Notes: generated by a model from the letters alone, not told the origin. Counted from the first letter of the stretch, positions 48,152 through 58,342 are shown. The stretch: DNA of 64,000 nucleotides from Capsulimonadaceae bacterium (GCA_965215505.1 OZ244065.1:5952001-6016000), one strand, 5' to 3'. A program made the numbers and translations.

Positions 48152-48880
48152 TCACGCACGGGTGATCTGCCGGGCATATGTTTTCTGTTCTCTGACCGGC
48201 GGGCCGTGGTAGGGTTTGAACGTGACGGAGACGGTCAGGCGGTGTTGCAGGGGGTGGCCCGCGAAGTACCCCGCCCGCTGCCAGTCGGGCGGGTCGCCCG
48301 GCACGTCGGCCTCGGACAGCAGTTCATCCTCAAGGAGCACTTCCCGGCCGACCGCCGCCGGGGCACTGCTGGGGCCGATCTCTTCAACCGCCCCCGCCGG
48401 CCCATGCCGGAACGTGAGCGTCTGGTCTATCGCGATCGTGCCCGAATCGGTCGCGGCTTCGATGTGATACGTCACCGCCCGCTTCCTGATCGGCAGGCCC
48501 TGCGCCTCCAGGATCGTCTTGACCCGCGCGTCTTCGTCTTTGTCCAGACGGTAGGCCAGGGGGATCGTCTGCGGCCAGGCGTCGCGCCGCTGGTAGATGA
48601 AGTCGTACCCCTTGCGGTCCAGGAAGAAGGTGAGGTGCATCTCCAGAGGCGGAGACTGGGGTGGGACGGTGATCTGGTAGCGGTGCCAGAGATGTTCCGG
48701 CGTTGCGTCCATGTCCGGCACTTCCTGCACATGGACCAGGGCGTCGGCAGGGGCCTGCGCCTCTGCCGGGGTTCCGACCGTCAGGCGCGGGAGGGTGCGG
48801 TGTCGCCCGGCCTGGGAGAACAGCAGCAGACCCGCCCCGGCAGCGCAGGCAGAAACTACCGCGATATCACGCGTGTTCAT
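48152..48880 (-). CDS. Hypothetical membrane-anchored/exported protein
   Basis: GGAGG RBS, N-terminal hydrophobic segment. Confidence 0.55.
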   Translation of the reverse strand: MNTRDIAVVSACAAGAGLLLFSQAGRHRTLPRLTVGTPAEAQAPADALVHVQEVPDMDATPEHLWHRYQITVPPQSPPLEMHLTFFLDRKGYDFIYQRRDAWPQTIPLAYRLDKDEDARVKTILEAQGLPIRKRAVTYHIEAATDSGTIAIDQTLTFRHGPAGAVEEIGPSSAPAAVGREVLLEDELLSEADVPGDPPDWQRAGYFAGHPLQHRLTVSVTFKPYHGPPVREQKTYARQITRA

Positions 48881-48943
48881 CCAGGGCCTCCAGTCTGAGT
48901 GAAAGAAGGGATTGGGGCGGGGATGGCCCCGCCCCGGCGGCGG

Positions 48944-49927
48944 CTACTTGCCCTTGCTCTCCGCGTGTGCGCGCACCGACTCAAGCTGGCCCGCCGACCC
49001 TAGGTACTCCGAGCGGCTGACGATGAATTTGGCGTACTCGGCGATGAAGACCTTTCCGGGCGAGCGCAGGTCGAAGTCCTCGGGCTTGTCCTGGAAGAAC
49101 TCGCGGTGGACCCGCGTCCAGACCAGCCGGCCGTCCGTGTCGATGTTGACCTTGCAGACGCCGAGCTTTGCGGCGGGCAAATACTGGTCGGCGTCCACGC
49201 CCTTCGCGCCTTCCTTCAGCTTGCCGCCCGCCGCGTTGATGCGGGCCACCTCGTCCTGCGGGACCGAGGACGACCCGTGCATGACGAGCGGGAAGCCGGG
49301 GAGCTGCTCCTGGATGGCCTTGATCCGGTCGAAGTGAAGGCCCTGGCCGCCTGAGAACTTGTAGGCCCCGTGGGAGGTCCCGATGGCGCAGGCAAGGCTG
49401 TCGCAGCCGGACTGGGCGACGAACTCTTTTGCCTCGAACGGGTCCGTCAGGAGCGCGTTCTTCTCATCCACGGCGATGTCTTCCTCCACGCCGCCCAGCA
49501 TGCCTAGTTCCGCCTCGACGCTGAGGCCTTTCGCGTGGGCCGCGTCCACGACACGCTTGGTGATGGCGACGTTCTCTTCAAACGGGTCGTGGGAGGCGTC
49601 GATCATCACGCTCGAATAGAAGCCGCTCTCGATGCACTCCATGCAGGTCTTCTCGTCGCCGTGATCCAGATGCACCGCGAAGACCGCTTCCGGGTAGATC
49701 TCGTCGCAGGCCCGGATGATCGCTTCCAGCATCCGCTTGTCGGTGTAGGAGCGCGCGCCCTTGGAAATCTGGATGATGAAGGGCGATTTGGCGTCTATGC
49801 TGCCCCGGAACAGGCCCAAGGCCTGCTCGGCGTTGTTGATATTATACGCCCCGACGGCGTACTTGCCGTAGGCGTGCTCGAACAGCGTCTTGGTGGTCAC
49901 GATCATGGGCTTGTGGTTGCTCCTCAT
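48944..49927 (-). CDS. fba: Class II fructose-bisphosphate aldolase
   Basis: HLDHG, SVMIDAS, VEAELG, GTSHGAYK, HGSS, KVNIDTD; start may be 49906. Confidence 0.95.
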   Translation of the reverse strand: MRSNHKPMIVTTKTLFEHAYGKYAVGAYNINNAEQALGLFRGSIDAKSPFIIQISKGARSYTDKRMLEAIIRACDEIYPEAVFAVHLDHGDEKTCMECIESGFYSSVMIDASHDPFEENVAITKRVVDAAHAKGLSVEAELGMLGGVEEDIAVDEKNALLTDPFEAKEFVAQSGCDSLACAIGTSHGAYKFSGGQGLHFDRIKAIQEQLPGFPLVMHGSSSVPQDEVARINAAGGKLKEGAKGVDADQYLPAAKLGVCKVNIDTDGRLVWTRVHREFFQDKPEDFDLRSPGKVFIAEYAKFIVSRSEYLGSAGQLESVRAHAESKGK

Positions 49928-50064
49928 CAAAGGTCTTTGAATGTCGCCCCGATTATACCCCAGGCAAACAAGGAATCCGCCCCGCCGGCGTTGAATGCTC
50001 CCCTGCACGGCGGCGCCGCCCTGACTCCACACTGACTCTCTCGCCGAAGGAAGTTGCCGCCTCC

Positions 50065-51558
50065 ATGACACTCACCGCCCTGTCACCGCTGCGCCGCCTG
50101 CTGCTGTCTCTCTGCCTGCTGGGATTGATCTGTGCCGCCGTCGCCCACGCCCAGGCGCCGGTCCTCGCCGTCACCGCTGCCGCCGGCCCGCCGTTCACCA
50201 CCGAGGCCGCCGCCCGCGCGGCGGAGAGCGGCTCTTGGCTCCTGCGCGGGCGCTCCCTCCTGGGCCTGTTCGTCTTCGCCGCCGTCGCCTGGGGCGTCGG
50301 GCGGCTTCGCGGGGCGCGTACCACGCCGCCCCTGCGGCTGATCCTATGGGGCTTCGCCATCCAGTTCGTCTTCGCCGCGTTGGTGCTGAAGACGGCCCCC
50401 GGTGAAGCCGGCTTCGCCGCCGTCAGCGCGGGCGTCAAGCATCTCCTAGACTTCACCAAGGAAGGCGCGAGCTTCGTCTTCGGCGACCTCGCCCTGGGCA
50501 ACAACATCCCCGTCGGGATGCCCCTGGGCGACCCGGCGATGGGGCCGGTCCTGCACCCGGCGGCCTACGCGCACGTCGGCGGCTACTTCGCCTTCTACGT
50601 CCTGCCGACCATCGTCTTCTTCTGCGCCCTGACCACGCTGCTCTACTACTCCGGAATCATGCAGTGGGTCATCCAGGGGATGGCCTGGGTCATGCAGAAG
50701 TCCATGGGCACGTCCGGGGCCGAGACACTGGCGGCGGCCACCAACATCTTCGTCGGCCAGACGGAAGCGCCGCTGATGGTCAAGCCGTTCCTCGCGAACG
50801 CCACCAATTCGGAGCTGATGGCGATGATGACGGCGGGCTTCGCCAACATCGCTTCGGGCGTCCTCGCCGCCTACGCCGCCATGCTCTCCGGCTTCTTCCC
50901 CGACGCGGCCGGCCACCTGCTGGCCGCCTCGCTCCTGTCCGCCCCGTCGTCGCTGGTCGTCGCCAAGCTGATCCTGCCCGAAACCCGGACGCCCGAGACG
51001 GCCGGGAGCGTCAAGATTAAGGTCACGCGCACCGACGTCAACGCCGTGGACGCGCTCACGCGCGGCGCTTTGGAAGGCTTGCAGCTCGCGCTCAATGTCG
51101 GGGCCGTCTTGATCGTCTTCGTCGCCATGATCGCCCTGCTGAACGCCGTCCTCGGGTGGGCCGGCCACTTCTTCGGCTATCCTGCCCTGTCGTTCCAGCA
51201 AATACTCGGCTGGATCGCAACCCCCTTCGCCTGGATGACCGGGATGCCCTGGCACGACGCCCAGCAGGTCGGCCCCTTGCTGGGCATAAAAACGGCCGTG
51301 AACGAGTTCGTCGCCTACCTCCAGATGTCCCAGACGCTGGGGACGAACCCGCACTTCATCACCCCGCGCTCCGCCGTCATCGCCATCTACGCCCTCTGCG
51401 GCTTCGCCAACTTCTCCAGCGTCGCCATCCAAGTCGGCGGCATCAGCGGCATGGCCCCGACCCGCCGCTCCGACCTCTCCCGGCTGGGGATGGTCGCCAT
51501 GTTCGGCGGTGCCCTGTCCTCCCTCATGGCCGCCTGCGTCGTCGGCGTTTTGCTGTGA
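50065..51558 (+). CDS. CNT/NupC-family nucleoside transporter
   Basis: FVFG, NIFVGQTEAP, NEFVAY, LCGFANFSS. Confidence 0.93.
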   Translation: MTLTALSPLRRLLLSLCLLGLICAAVAHAQAPVLAVTAAAGPPFTTEAAARAAESGSWLLRGRSLLGLFVFAAVAWGVGRLRGARTTPPLRLILWGFAIQFVFAALVLKTAPGEAGFAAVSAGVKHLLDFTKEGASFVFGDLALGNNIPVGMPLGDPAMGPVLHPAAYAHVGGYFAFYVLPTIVFFCALTTLLYYSGIMQWVIQGMAWVMQKSMGTSGAETLAAATNIFVGQTEAPLMVKPFLANATNSELMAMMTAGFANIASGVLAAYAAMLSGFFPDAAGHLLAASLLSAPSSLVVAKLILPETRTPETAGSVKIKVTRTDVNAVDALTRGALEGLQLALNVGAVLIVFVAMIALLNAVLGWAGHFFGYPALSFQQILGWIATPFAWMTGMPWHDAQQVGPLLGIKTAVNEFVAYLQMSQTLGTNPHFITPRSAVIAIYALCGFANFSSVAIQVGGISGMAPTRRSDLSRLGMVAMFGGALSSLMAACVVGVLL

Positions 51559-51603
51559 TTCGTGCCATAATAGGGGTGCCGCGACAAACCGGAGCAGAAC
51601 GCC

Positions 51604-52183
51604 ATGGATGAAGACCGGGTTCGGGGCGAACTAAATGCCGTGAAGGAAGCCGTAGAGCAGTTGACCGGCCTGCGCTCCCGGTGGAGCGGGAACGTGATCC
51701 TGCTGGCCCCGCCGGAGATCGTGGCGCTGAAAGGCACGCTCGTTTCCGCCGAAAAACGGTGGGCCTGTGACGTGCTGGTGAGTACAGCCATCGTCAGCTC
51801 CCCCCTGCGATGGCGGACGTATGCCCACGAGATGCTCCATTCCGTGTCCGTGGGGCTTAACGAGGCCGACCTCGGCCGCTTCCGGGGTTGGGAGGAGGGC
51901 GTCGTTGAGCAAACGCAGCGCCTCCTCCGCGAGAGGGTTTTGGGCCTCGTCGGCGCGGATACGCCGGAGGCCGCATTTTTTGACGGGGACCGGACGTGGA
52001 GACTCAACCACTATATCAAGGCCCTTGAAGAACTCCGCTTGTTCCTGGGGGCGGAGTCGGAGGCCCACTTCTTGCGCCTCCTCTGGACGCCCCCTGAACG
52101 TGCGCCTCGCGTTCGTCAGGTCACTCAGGCCCGAACCGGACTTCCATCGCCTGTTCGCCTACACGGTGGGCAGGCTGCGCTAG
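51604..52183 (+). pseudogene. HExxH zincin-like hypothetical protein, probably frameshifted at a C5 run
   Basis: YAHEMLHS..EEGVVE; removing one C at 52090-52094 gives WTPLNVRLAFVR...RLR* ending before next gene. Confidence 0.5.
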
Positions 52184-52208
52184 TCGGAACAACCAAAAGG
52201 TGTCACGC

Positions 52209-52484
52209 ATGGCAATCATTTATCGCTATGACTTCCCGCCGCACGTCCTCGCGGAGCGCGAGAAGGTGTTCCAGGAGATCGAAGACCTCCTCCTGCTGAG
52301 GACGGTCGCCGCCGCCGACAAAGCGGTCGCGCTGCACCTCGAGTGGGTGCTGAAGCATCGGGATGATTACATGGCCCTTGACTACGGCAGTGACATCTGC
52401 CGTCTGCGTGACGCAATCGTAGCCGTAGCGCCGCTTCCGGCCGACCTCTGGGATGCTGAAGACAATTTTGCGGCCGTTGGCTAG
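52209..52484 (+). CDS. Small hypothetical protein
   Basis: AAAGGTG RBS-like and ATG; helical, acidic. Confidence 0.55.
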   Translation: MAIIYRYDFPPHVLAEREKVFQEIEDLLLLRTVAAADKAVALHLEWVLKHRDDYMALDYGSDICRLRDAIVAVAPLPADLWDAEDNFAAVG

Positions 52485-52524
52485 TTTCCCTCCGACATCC
52501 GACCGAAAAGGACCCTCACGACAC

Positions 52525-53472
52525 ATGCGCCTCAAACTCGCAAGCCTTCTTTCTGCCGCCGCCCTGCTTCTCCTCACCGGCTGCGGCAACCACGACGCGG
52601 CCGGAACCGGCGGGGCACCGTCCGCAGTGCCGTCCGCGCCGCTCAAGGTCGGCATCATCCCGTTCGAGGATGTGGATGCCATCACGAAAGCGTTCCAGCC
52701 GTACTCAACTTATCTGGGCAAGAAGAGCGGCCGGCCCGACGGGCAGGTGTTCGTCACCCCCTCCTATGCCGGCGTGCTGCAAGCCTTGCAGGCCGACCAG
52801 ATAGACTGCGCCTACCTCAACCCGCTTTCCTATGTGCTGGCGACCCAGCAGTTCGCGAATACGCCGGAAAAGCTGGTCCCCATCTCGATGCCCTACTTCC
52901 ACCACAGCCTGACCTACAAGGGCGTCATCTTCGTGCGGGCCGACTCGGGCATCAACTCGCTCAAGGACCTCAAAGGCAGGAGCTTCGCCTTCGGCGACCG
53001 GACCTCCACGTCCAGCTTCCTGTACCCGGCGGGGATGCTCAAGAAGGCCGGCATTGACCCGGAGAAGGACCTGAAGCCGGTCAACATCAGCGGAACGGCG
53101 GGCGTGCTGGCCGTCTTCAACAAGCAGGTTGACGCGGGCGCGATCTACGAGACGGGCATCCAGCAGGCCTTCACCGATCCGGCGACAAAGAAGGTGGATC
53201 AGGCCAAAGTAAGCCAGTTCAAGATCATCGCGACCACCGACCCCATCCCGAACGGCATGTTCGTGGCGCGCGGGAACCTGGACCCGGCGACGCTGGACAA
53301 GCTGAAGGCCGCGCTGGCGAACATCAACACCGACCCCGACGGGCAGGCCGCCCTGAAGGTGATCCCCTGGGACAAGATCGTGCCCGCCGACGACTCGATC
53401 TTCAATCCCGTGCGCGAGAACGCTCAGATTTTCGGCCTGGACATCAAGGCGCTGGACGAGAAGAAGAAGTAG
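52525..53472 (+). CDS. phnD: Phosphonate/phosphite ABC substrate-binding lipoprotein
   Basis: LTGC lipobox, FGDRTSTSS.LYP, TDPIPN. Confidence 0.88.
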   Translation: MRLKLASLLSAAALLLLTGCGNHDAAGTGGAPSAVPSAPLKVGIIPFEDVDAITKAFQPYSTYLGKKSGRPDGQVFVTPSYAGVLQALQADQIDCAYLNPLSYVLATQQFANTPEKLVPISMPYFHHSLTYKGVIFVRADSGINSLKDLKGRSFAFGDRTSTSSFLYPAGMLKKAGIDPEKDLKPVNISGTAGVLAVFNKQVDAGAIYETGIQQAFTDPATKKVDQAKVSQFKIIATTDPIPNGMFVARGNLDPATLDKLKAALANINTDPDGQAALKVIPWDKIVPADDSIFNPVRENAQIFGLDIKALDEKKK

Positions 53473-53478
53473 CCTCTC

Positions 53479-54240
53479 ATGCCCGATGTCATTGCCATTG
53501 ACAGCCTGACCCACTCGTACAAGGTGGGCGTCCCCGTCCTGCGCGGCGTGGACCTGCACGTCGCGCCGGGCGAGATCGTGGGGCTGATCGGCCTGTCCGG
53601 GGCGGGCAAGAGCACCCTGCTGCGCTGCATCAACGGCCTGGTGCGGCCCACCGGCGGGGCCTGCGTCGTGCTGGGAACGCCGGTCGAGTCGCTGGCGGAG
53701 GGGCAGATGCGCCTGCTGCGGCGGCGGATCGGGATGATCTTCCAGGAGTTCAACCTGATGGAGCGGCTGACGGTGCAGAAGAACGTCCTGATCGGGCGGC
53801 TCGGCTACACGCCCACGCTGCCTTCCTGCCTGCACCGCTTTTCCGCCGCCGACGTGCGCCTGGCGCGCGAGTGTCTGGCGCAGGTGGGGCTGGAGGGGCT
53901 GGAAATGCGCCGCGTCCGCGACCTGTCCGGCGGCCAGAAGCAGCGCGTCGCCATCGCTAGGACGATGGCGCAGGGCGCGGAGATCATCCTGGCGGACGAG
54001 GCGACGGCGAACCTCGACGTGCTGACCAAGGACGACATCATGGCCCTGCTCCGGGACCTGGCGCGGGAGCGGAACAGGACTCTGATTTTGTCCATGCACG
54101 ACCTGCCGCTCGCCAAGCGCTACTGTACGCGCATCGTCGGCCTGAAGCAGGGCCGGATCACCTTCGACGCCGCCCCCGATGCCCTGAGCGATGACGCCAT
54201 CGCCGATGTCCTGGAGCGGTCGCCGCATGTCTTCGCTTAA
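53479..54240 (+). CDS. phnC: Phosphonate ABC ATP-binding protein
   Basis: GLSGAGKST, IFQEFNL, LSGGQKQRVAIAR. Confidence 0.88.
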   Translation: MPDVIAIDSLTHSYKVGVPVLRGVDLHVAPGEIVGLIGLSGAGKSTLLRCINGLVRPTGGACVVLGTPVESLAEGQMRLLRRRIGMIFQEFNLMERLTVQKNVLIGRLGYTPTLPSCLHRFSAADVRLARECLAQVGLEGLEMRRVRDLSGGQKQRVAIARTMAQGAEIILADEATANLDVLTKDDIMALLRDLARERNRTLILSMHDLPLAKRYCTRIVGLKQGRITFDAAPDALSDDAIADVLERSPHVFA

Positions 54241-55024
54241 GCCCGTGTTCGCCGCCGCGGGCCGCCTGCTGCTGGCGCTCGCCGTCCTGGCCCTGATCGT
54301 CTGGGCCTTCATTGGCCTGCAATTCGACTTCACCCACTTCCGCACCGGCGTCCGGTCCGGCGCGGAGTACGTCGGGCGCATGTTCCCGCGCAAGGGCGCG
54401 GACTGGCGGTACGACCTTGCCCTGGGGCGCGACCTCTGGGCGCCCTTCCTGACCACGGTGCAGATGGCGATCGTCGGCACGACCCTGGGCGCGCTCCTGG
54501 CGTTCCCGTTCTCGTTCCTGGCCGCCCGGACCGGTGCCGTCCCGCGGCCCCTGAGCGCCCTGATCAAGACCTATCTGAACGTCTCGCGGGCCGTGCCGAC
54601 CATCATTTACGCCCTCATCGTCGTCTCGGCCATTGGGCTGGGGCCGTCGGCAGGCGCGCTGGCGATCTCGTTCGTCACCTTCGTCTCGCTCGCCAAGCTG
54701 TGGGCGGAGAGCCTGGAGTCGGTCGCCGCCGGGCCGATCGAGGCCGTGCGCGCGGCGGGTGGCAACGCCGCCCAGGTCTTCGTGTTCGGGATGCTCCCGC
54801 AGGTCTTCCCGTCGTTCCTGTCCACGACGCTCTACTCGCTGGAGTTCAACCTGAAGGACTCTTTCATCGTTGGAATCGTCGGCGCGGGCGGGCTGGGCTT
54901 CCAGCTCTACAACGCCATCAACCTGTTCAAGCTGCTGGATGCCGGGGTGATCGTGGCCCTGCTGATCGTCCTCGTCAACCTGGTGGATTACCTGTCGTAC
55001 CGGGTGCGCCTCGTCTTCTCGTGA
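54227..55024 (+). CDS. phnE: Phosphonate ABC permease
   Basis: GPSAG.LA, KLWAESLE, EAVRAAG, GIVGAGGLG. Confidence 0.88.
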   Translation: MSSLKPVFAAAGRLLLALAVLALIVWAFIGLQFDFTHFRTGVRSGAEYVGRMFPRKGADWRYDLALGRDLWAPFLTTVQMAIVGTTLGALLAFPFSFLAARTGAVPRPLSALIKTYLNVSRAVPTIIYALIVVSAIGLGPSAGALAISFVTFVSLAKLWAESLESVAAGPIEAVRAAGGNAAQVFVFGMLPQVFPSFLSTTLYSLEFNLKDSFIVGIVGAGGLGFQLYNAINLFKLLDAGVIVALLIVLVNLVDYLSYRVRLVFS

Positions 55025-55046
55025 CGCTCTTAGAGAGCCGGGATCA

Positions 55047-55616
55047 ATGGACCGAACCAAAAACACGCTCGCTGTCCTGTTCGTCGCCGCCGCCTTCGGG
55101 CTGCTGTTCTTCAGCGTCCGGACGTCCAAAATCGCCGACCAGACCTCGCGCGGGCTGATCGCCGCCGGAGACGCCAAGCCCGCCGTTGACTTCACGCTGC
55201 CGGTCGCCGCGACGGGCCGCCCGCTGCGGCTGGCGAACGCCGAGAAGGCCGGGCCGGTCGTGCTGGACTTCTGGGCGACCTGGTGCGCGCCGTGTCAGGC
55301 GGAACTGCCGCACCTCGAAACGCTGTCGCGCAAGTACAAGGGCCGCGTCGCGTTCTACGGCGTGGATTCCAGCGACACGCCGCACATCATCATGGCCTTC
55401 ACAAGCCAGAGCGGCTTGACCTTCCCCACGCTCAGTGATCCCAATCACTCCGTCTCGTTCCTCTACGGCGCGGACTCCATCCCCCTGCTGGTCGTCGTCG
55501 ACGGCAAAGGGCGCGCGCGCTCGGTCGTCAACGGCTACGACCCCAATGAGAACGTCGAGGTTTCACTCTCCAAAACACTAGACGCCCTGCTGGCCGAACA
55601 AAGGAAAACCCCATGA
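55047..55616 (+). CDS. TlpA/ResA-like thiol-disulfide oxidoreductase
   Basis: TM anchor, DFWATWCAPC. Confidence 0.9.
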   Translation: MDRTKNTLAVLFVAAAFGLLFFSVRTSKIADQTSRGLIAAGDAKPAVDFTLPVAATGRPLRLANAEKAGPVVLDFWATWCAPCQAELPHLETLSRKYKGRVAFYGVDSSDTPHIIMAFTSQSGLTFPTLSDPNHSVSFLYGADSIPLLVVVDGKGRARSVVNGYDPNENVEVSLSKTLDALLAEQRKTP

Positions 55617-56728
55617 CAAAGCAGACCTGCCTCCCCGCCTTCGCCCTGCTGGCACTGGCCGTACCTGCCATTGCTCAGACTCCCGCCGCACCCCTGACGC
55701 CGCCCGCCGTGCTGGGCGCGGCCAAGACGATCCAGTTCACGGCCACCCAAGTAATGGGGCCGGGGGACACTCCCGTCAGAGTCTCCGTCGCTTCTCTGGC
55801 ACAGCCGAACAAGGCGTTCATCCAGGACACCGTCGCCAAGTCAAATACACTTTCCACGGTGTATGCCTCCGACGGCAAGACCCAGACCGAGTACAACCGG
55901 CCTCGCAGCCGCTACACCACGTCCGGCGCTGCCGCTCGTCTCGCCGATCTGAACTCCGGCACGCTCGCCCTCTCTGTCCTGACGGACTTCCTCACCCCCG
56001 AATCGTTCGCCAAGTTCCACCATGCCACGAGTGATGCCGCCGGTGTCTACCGGATGCCGCTGGGGAAGCAGGGGGCGAGAACCATCGAGGAAGTCCTGGC
56101 GCTCGACCAGGCGACGGGACTGCCCGCCTCCATTTCCATCTTCATCAAGCCGAGCAAGACGCCCGAGGTGCCGGCGGAGCGCATCCTGTTCACCGACTGG
56201 AAGCTGGACGCGCCCATTGATGACGCCAAGTTCGCCTATGCGCCGCCCGCGACGGCCACCCTCTACAGCCCGCCGAAGCTGCTGGCAAACGGGACGCCGG
56301 CACCGGACTTCACCGCGAACGACAAGGACGGCCACCCGGTCAAGCTCTCCGACTACAAGGGGAAGACCGTCGTGCTGGACTTCTGGGCGACCTGGTGCGG
56401 CCCGTGCCAGATGTCCCTGCCGCACACCACGGCCGTCGCCAAGCAGTATGCCGACAAGGGCGTGACCGTCCTGGCCGTCAACGTCTGGGACAAGCCCGAG
56501 TTGTTTCAGGCCTGGCTGCCCAAGCACCCGCAGTACGGCGGCCTCAACTTCCTGATTGACCCGGCCAAAGACGACGCCAAAGGCATCGCGACGGGCCTCT
56601 ACGGCGTGTCCGGCATCCCGACGCAGTACGTCATCGGGAAGGACGGCCGGGTCGTCAAGAGCATCGTCGGCTACGAGGAAGGCGGCACTGCGCTCGAAGA
56701 CGCCTTGAAGGCGGCGGGTGCCTCGTAG
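55613..56728 (+). CDS. Exported LolA-like domain + TlpA redoxin protein
   Basis: Signal peptide, SDGKT, FAYAPP, DFWATWCGPC. Confidence 0.85.
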   Translation: MTKQTCLPAFALLALAVPAIAQTPAAPLTPPAVLGAAKTIQFTATQVMGPGDTPVRVSVASLAQPNKAFIQDTVAKSNTLSTVYASDGKTQTEYNRPRSRYTTSGAAARLADLNSGTLALSVLTDFLTPESFAKFHHATSDAAGVYRMPLGKQGARTIEEVLALDQATGLPASISIFIKPSKTPEVPAERILFTDWKLDAPIDDAKFAYAPPATATLYSPPKLLANGTPAPDFTANDKDGHPVKLSDYKGKTVVLDFWATWCGPCQMSLPHTTAVAKQYADKGVTVLAVNVWDKPELFQAWLPKHPQYGGLNFLIDPAKDDAKGIATGLYGVSGIPTQYVIGKDGRVVKSIVGYEEGGTALEDALKAAGAS

Positions 56729-56800
56729 ACCGTTCCTCTCGTAGACCGTTTATGCCGCGCCGCCGCCGGGTAACTAGGACCTGGAATACGGAGGGTCATC

Positions 56801-57220
56801 ATGTCTCACGATCAAGCGACGAAACAGGCTTTCGAGCATACGGCGAAGATGGAGAAGCAGGCACGCGAAGAAGCGCGCGAGGAAGACGCGCTGAACGCGG
56901 CGGTCCTGAAGGCGGACAACCACACGGGCCAGCAGGGGATGATGCCGGTGGGCGGCGGACTCATCGAGGGGACGGAGATCAAGCAACTCCGCGACATGCT
57001 GCCCGACTGGCACAAGGACGAGCTGCGGCGGCTCCTGATCGTCTCCCCCGGAACGCGGCTGGCGCAGGGCGACATCTACTGCGACCTGCGGTTCAAGGAG
57101 CGGGGTGAGCTGGTCGCGCACGGCGAGGAAGAAGTCCATGAGGAGCTTCTGGTGCCGAAAAAGGCCGTGGATTACGAGATCTGGAACAAGCTGCTCGGCA
57201 AGCCGAACCTGGCGGGATGA
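56801..57220 (+). CDS. Hypothetical protein
   Basis: GGAGG RBS; GTRL.QG..Y.DL, VPK..VDY..WN.L. Confidence 0.65.
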   Translation: MSHDQATKQAFEHTAKMEKQAREEAREEDALNAAVLKADNHTGQQGMMPVGGGLIEGTEIKQLRDMLPDWHKDELRRLLIVSPGTRLAQGDIYCDLRFKERGELVAHGEEEVHEELLVPKKAVDYEIWNKLLGKPNLAG

Positions 57221-57222
57221 CT

Positions 57223-57250
57223 GTAGGGGCGCGATTCATCGCGCCCTCTT
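57223..57250 (+). repeat. REP-like palindrome
   Basis: GTAGGGGCGCGAT-TC-ATCGCGCCCTCTT. Confidence 0.75.
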
Positions 57251-57255
57251 TCCCA

Positions 57256-58272
57256 TCAAAAGGCAAGAGCCTCCGGCTCCGCTTCAATCGCGGCGTCGGG
57301 GGCTTTTTCCATGTCTATCAGGTAGCGGGCCGTCATCTTGCGGGCCGCCTCGGCGACGGCGGCCCGCAGCGGGACGGGTTCGATGACTTCGGCCTGCGCG
57401 CCGAAGGACAGCACCCAGTAGAGCATTTCCTCGTAGCCATGGACGGTCACGCGGAAGAGCAGGCTGCCGTCGGGCTGCTTCTCGATCTTTTGGGTGGTGT
57501 GCCACTGCCCCCCGGCGATCCAGCCGGCCACCTCCCGGTCGAAATGGATGACCACCTCGGTCGGCTCCCCGCCCGCCTGCAACTGCCAGCCGCGACTCAG
57601 CCACTCGGCCAGATCGAAGTCCTTGGGGTACTGAAATCGGGCATCCTCGTTGACGCGCAGCCACTTGATTCGGTCCAGGCCGAAGGTGCGGATGCCCGAG
57701 CGCAGGTGGCAGTAGCCGACCAGATACCAGGCCCCGATCTTGTAGGTCAGCCCATAGGGGTCCACGCGCCGCTTGGTCGGTTCGGGCCGGTTCCGGGAGA
57801 GGTAAGTAATGTCTACAGGGTGGTGGCGCATGATGGCCGACTGCAAATCCTGGTAGATGACGGCGGAAAAGTCCCGGACGACCGGCAGGCCGATGGAAAC
57901 GCGCTCGTCCGACTTCTTGATCTCGGAGGCGATGCGCCGGGGCAGGATGAGGTCGATCTTCTTCAGGGCGGACGCCAGAGCGCCCTTGTAGGCCGCCCCA
58001 GCTTGGTTGGCGAAGCTGGTCCCGGCCAGCCGCAGGGCGAGGGCTTCGGGGGGCGTGAAGGAGGTCGGCAGGAACTTCATTTCGGCCAGCCCGAACTTGC
58101 CGTCCTTGCGCTTGACCTGTCCCCACTGCCGCAGGACGGCGATGTCCCGCTCGATGGTGGCGCGGGACACGTCGAACTTCTTTTCCAGTTCGGCGGCGTC
58201 CCAGGTGTACGGCTCCCGGTCAATCAGTTGGAGGATCTGGATCAGCCTTGAGAATTGTTCTTCGAGTGTCAT
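57256..58272 (-). CDS. HTH-WYL-WCX transcriptional regulator (YafY/PafBC-like)
   Basis: VSRATIERDI, RRVDPYGL, WYLVGYC, RTFGLDRI, WVLSFG..AEVIEP. Confidence 0.93.
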   Translation of the reverse strand: MTLEEQFSRLIQILQLIDREPYTWDAAELEKKFDVSRATIERDIAVLRQWGQVKRKDGKFGLAEMKFLPTSFTPPEALALRLAGTSFANQAGAAYKGALASALKKIDLILPRRIASEIKKSDERVSIGLPVVRDFSAVIYQDLQSAIMRHHPVDITYLSRNRPEPTKRRVDPYGLTYKIGAWYLVGYCHLRSGIRTFGLDRIKWLRVNEDARFQYPKDFDLAEWLSRGWQLQAGGEPTEVVIHFDREVAGWIAGGQWHTTQKIEKQPDGSLLFRVTVHGYEEMLYWVLSFGAQAEVIEPVPLRAAVAEAARKMTARYLIDMEKAPDAAIEAEPEALAF

Positions 58273-58342
58273 GATGCGTCAGCGGACCCATAGCGAACCC
58301 GCCCAGGAGCTTACCTGTGGCGGGCGTCACTTCCTTCCCCCC

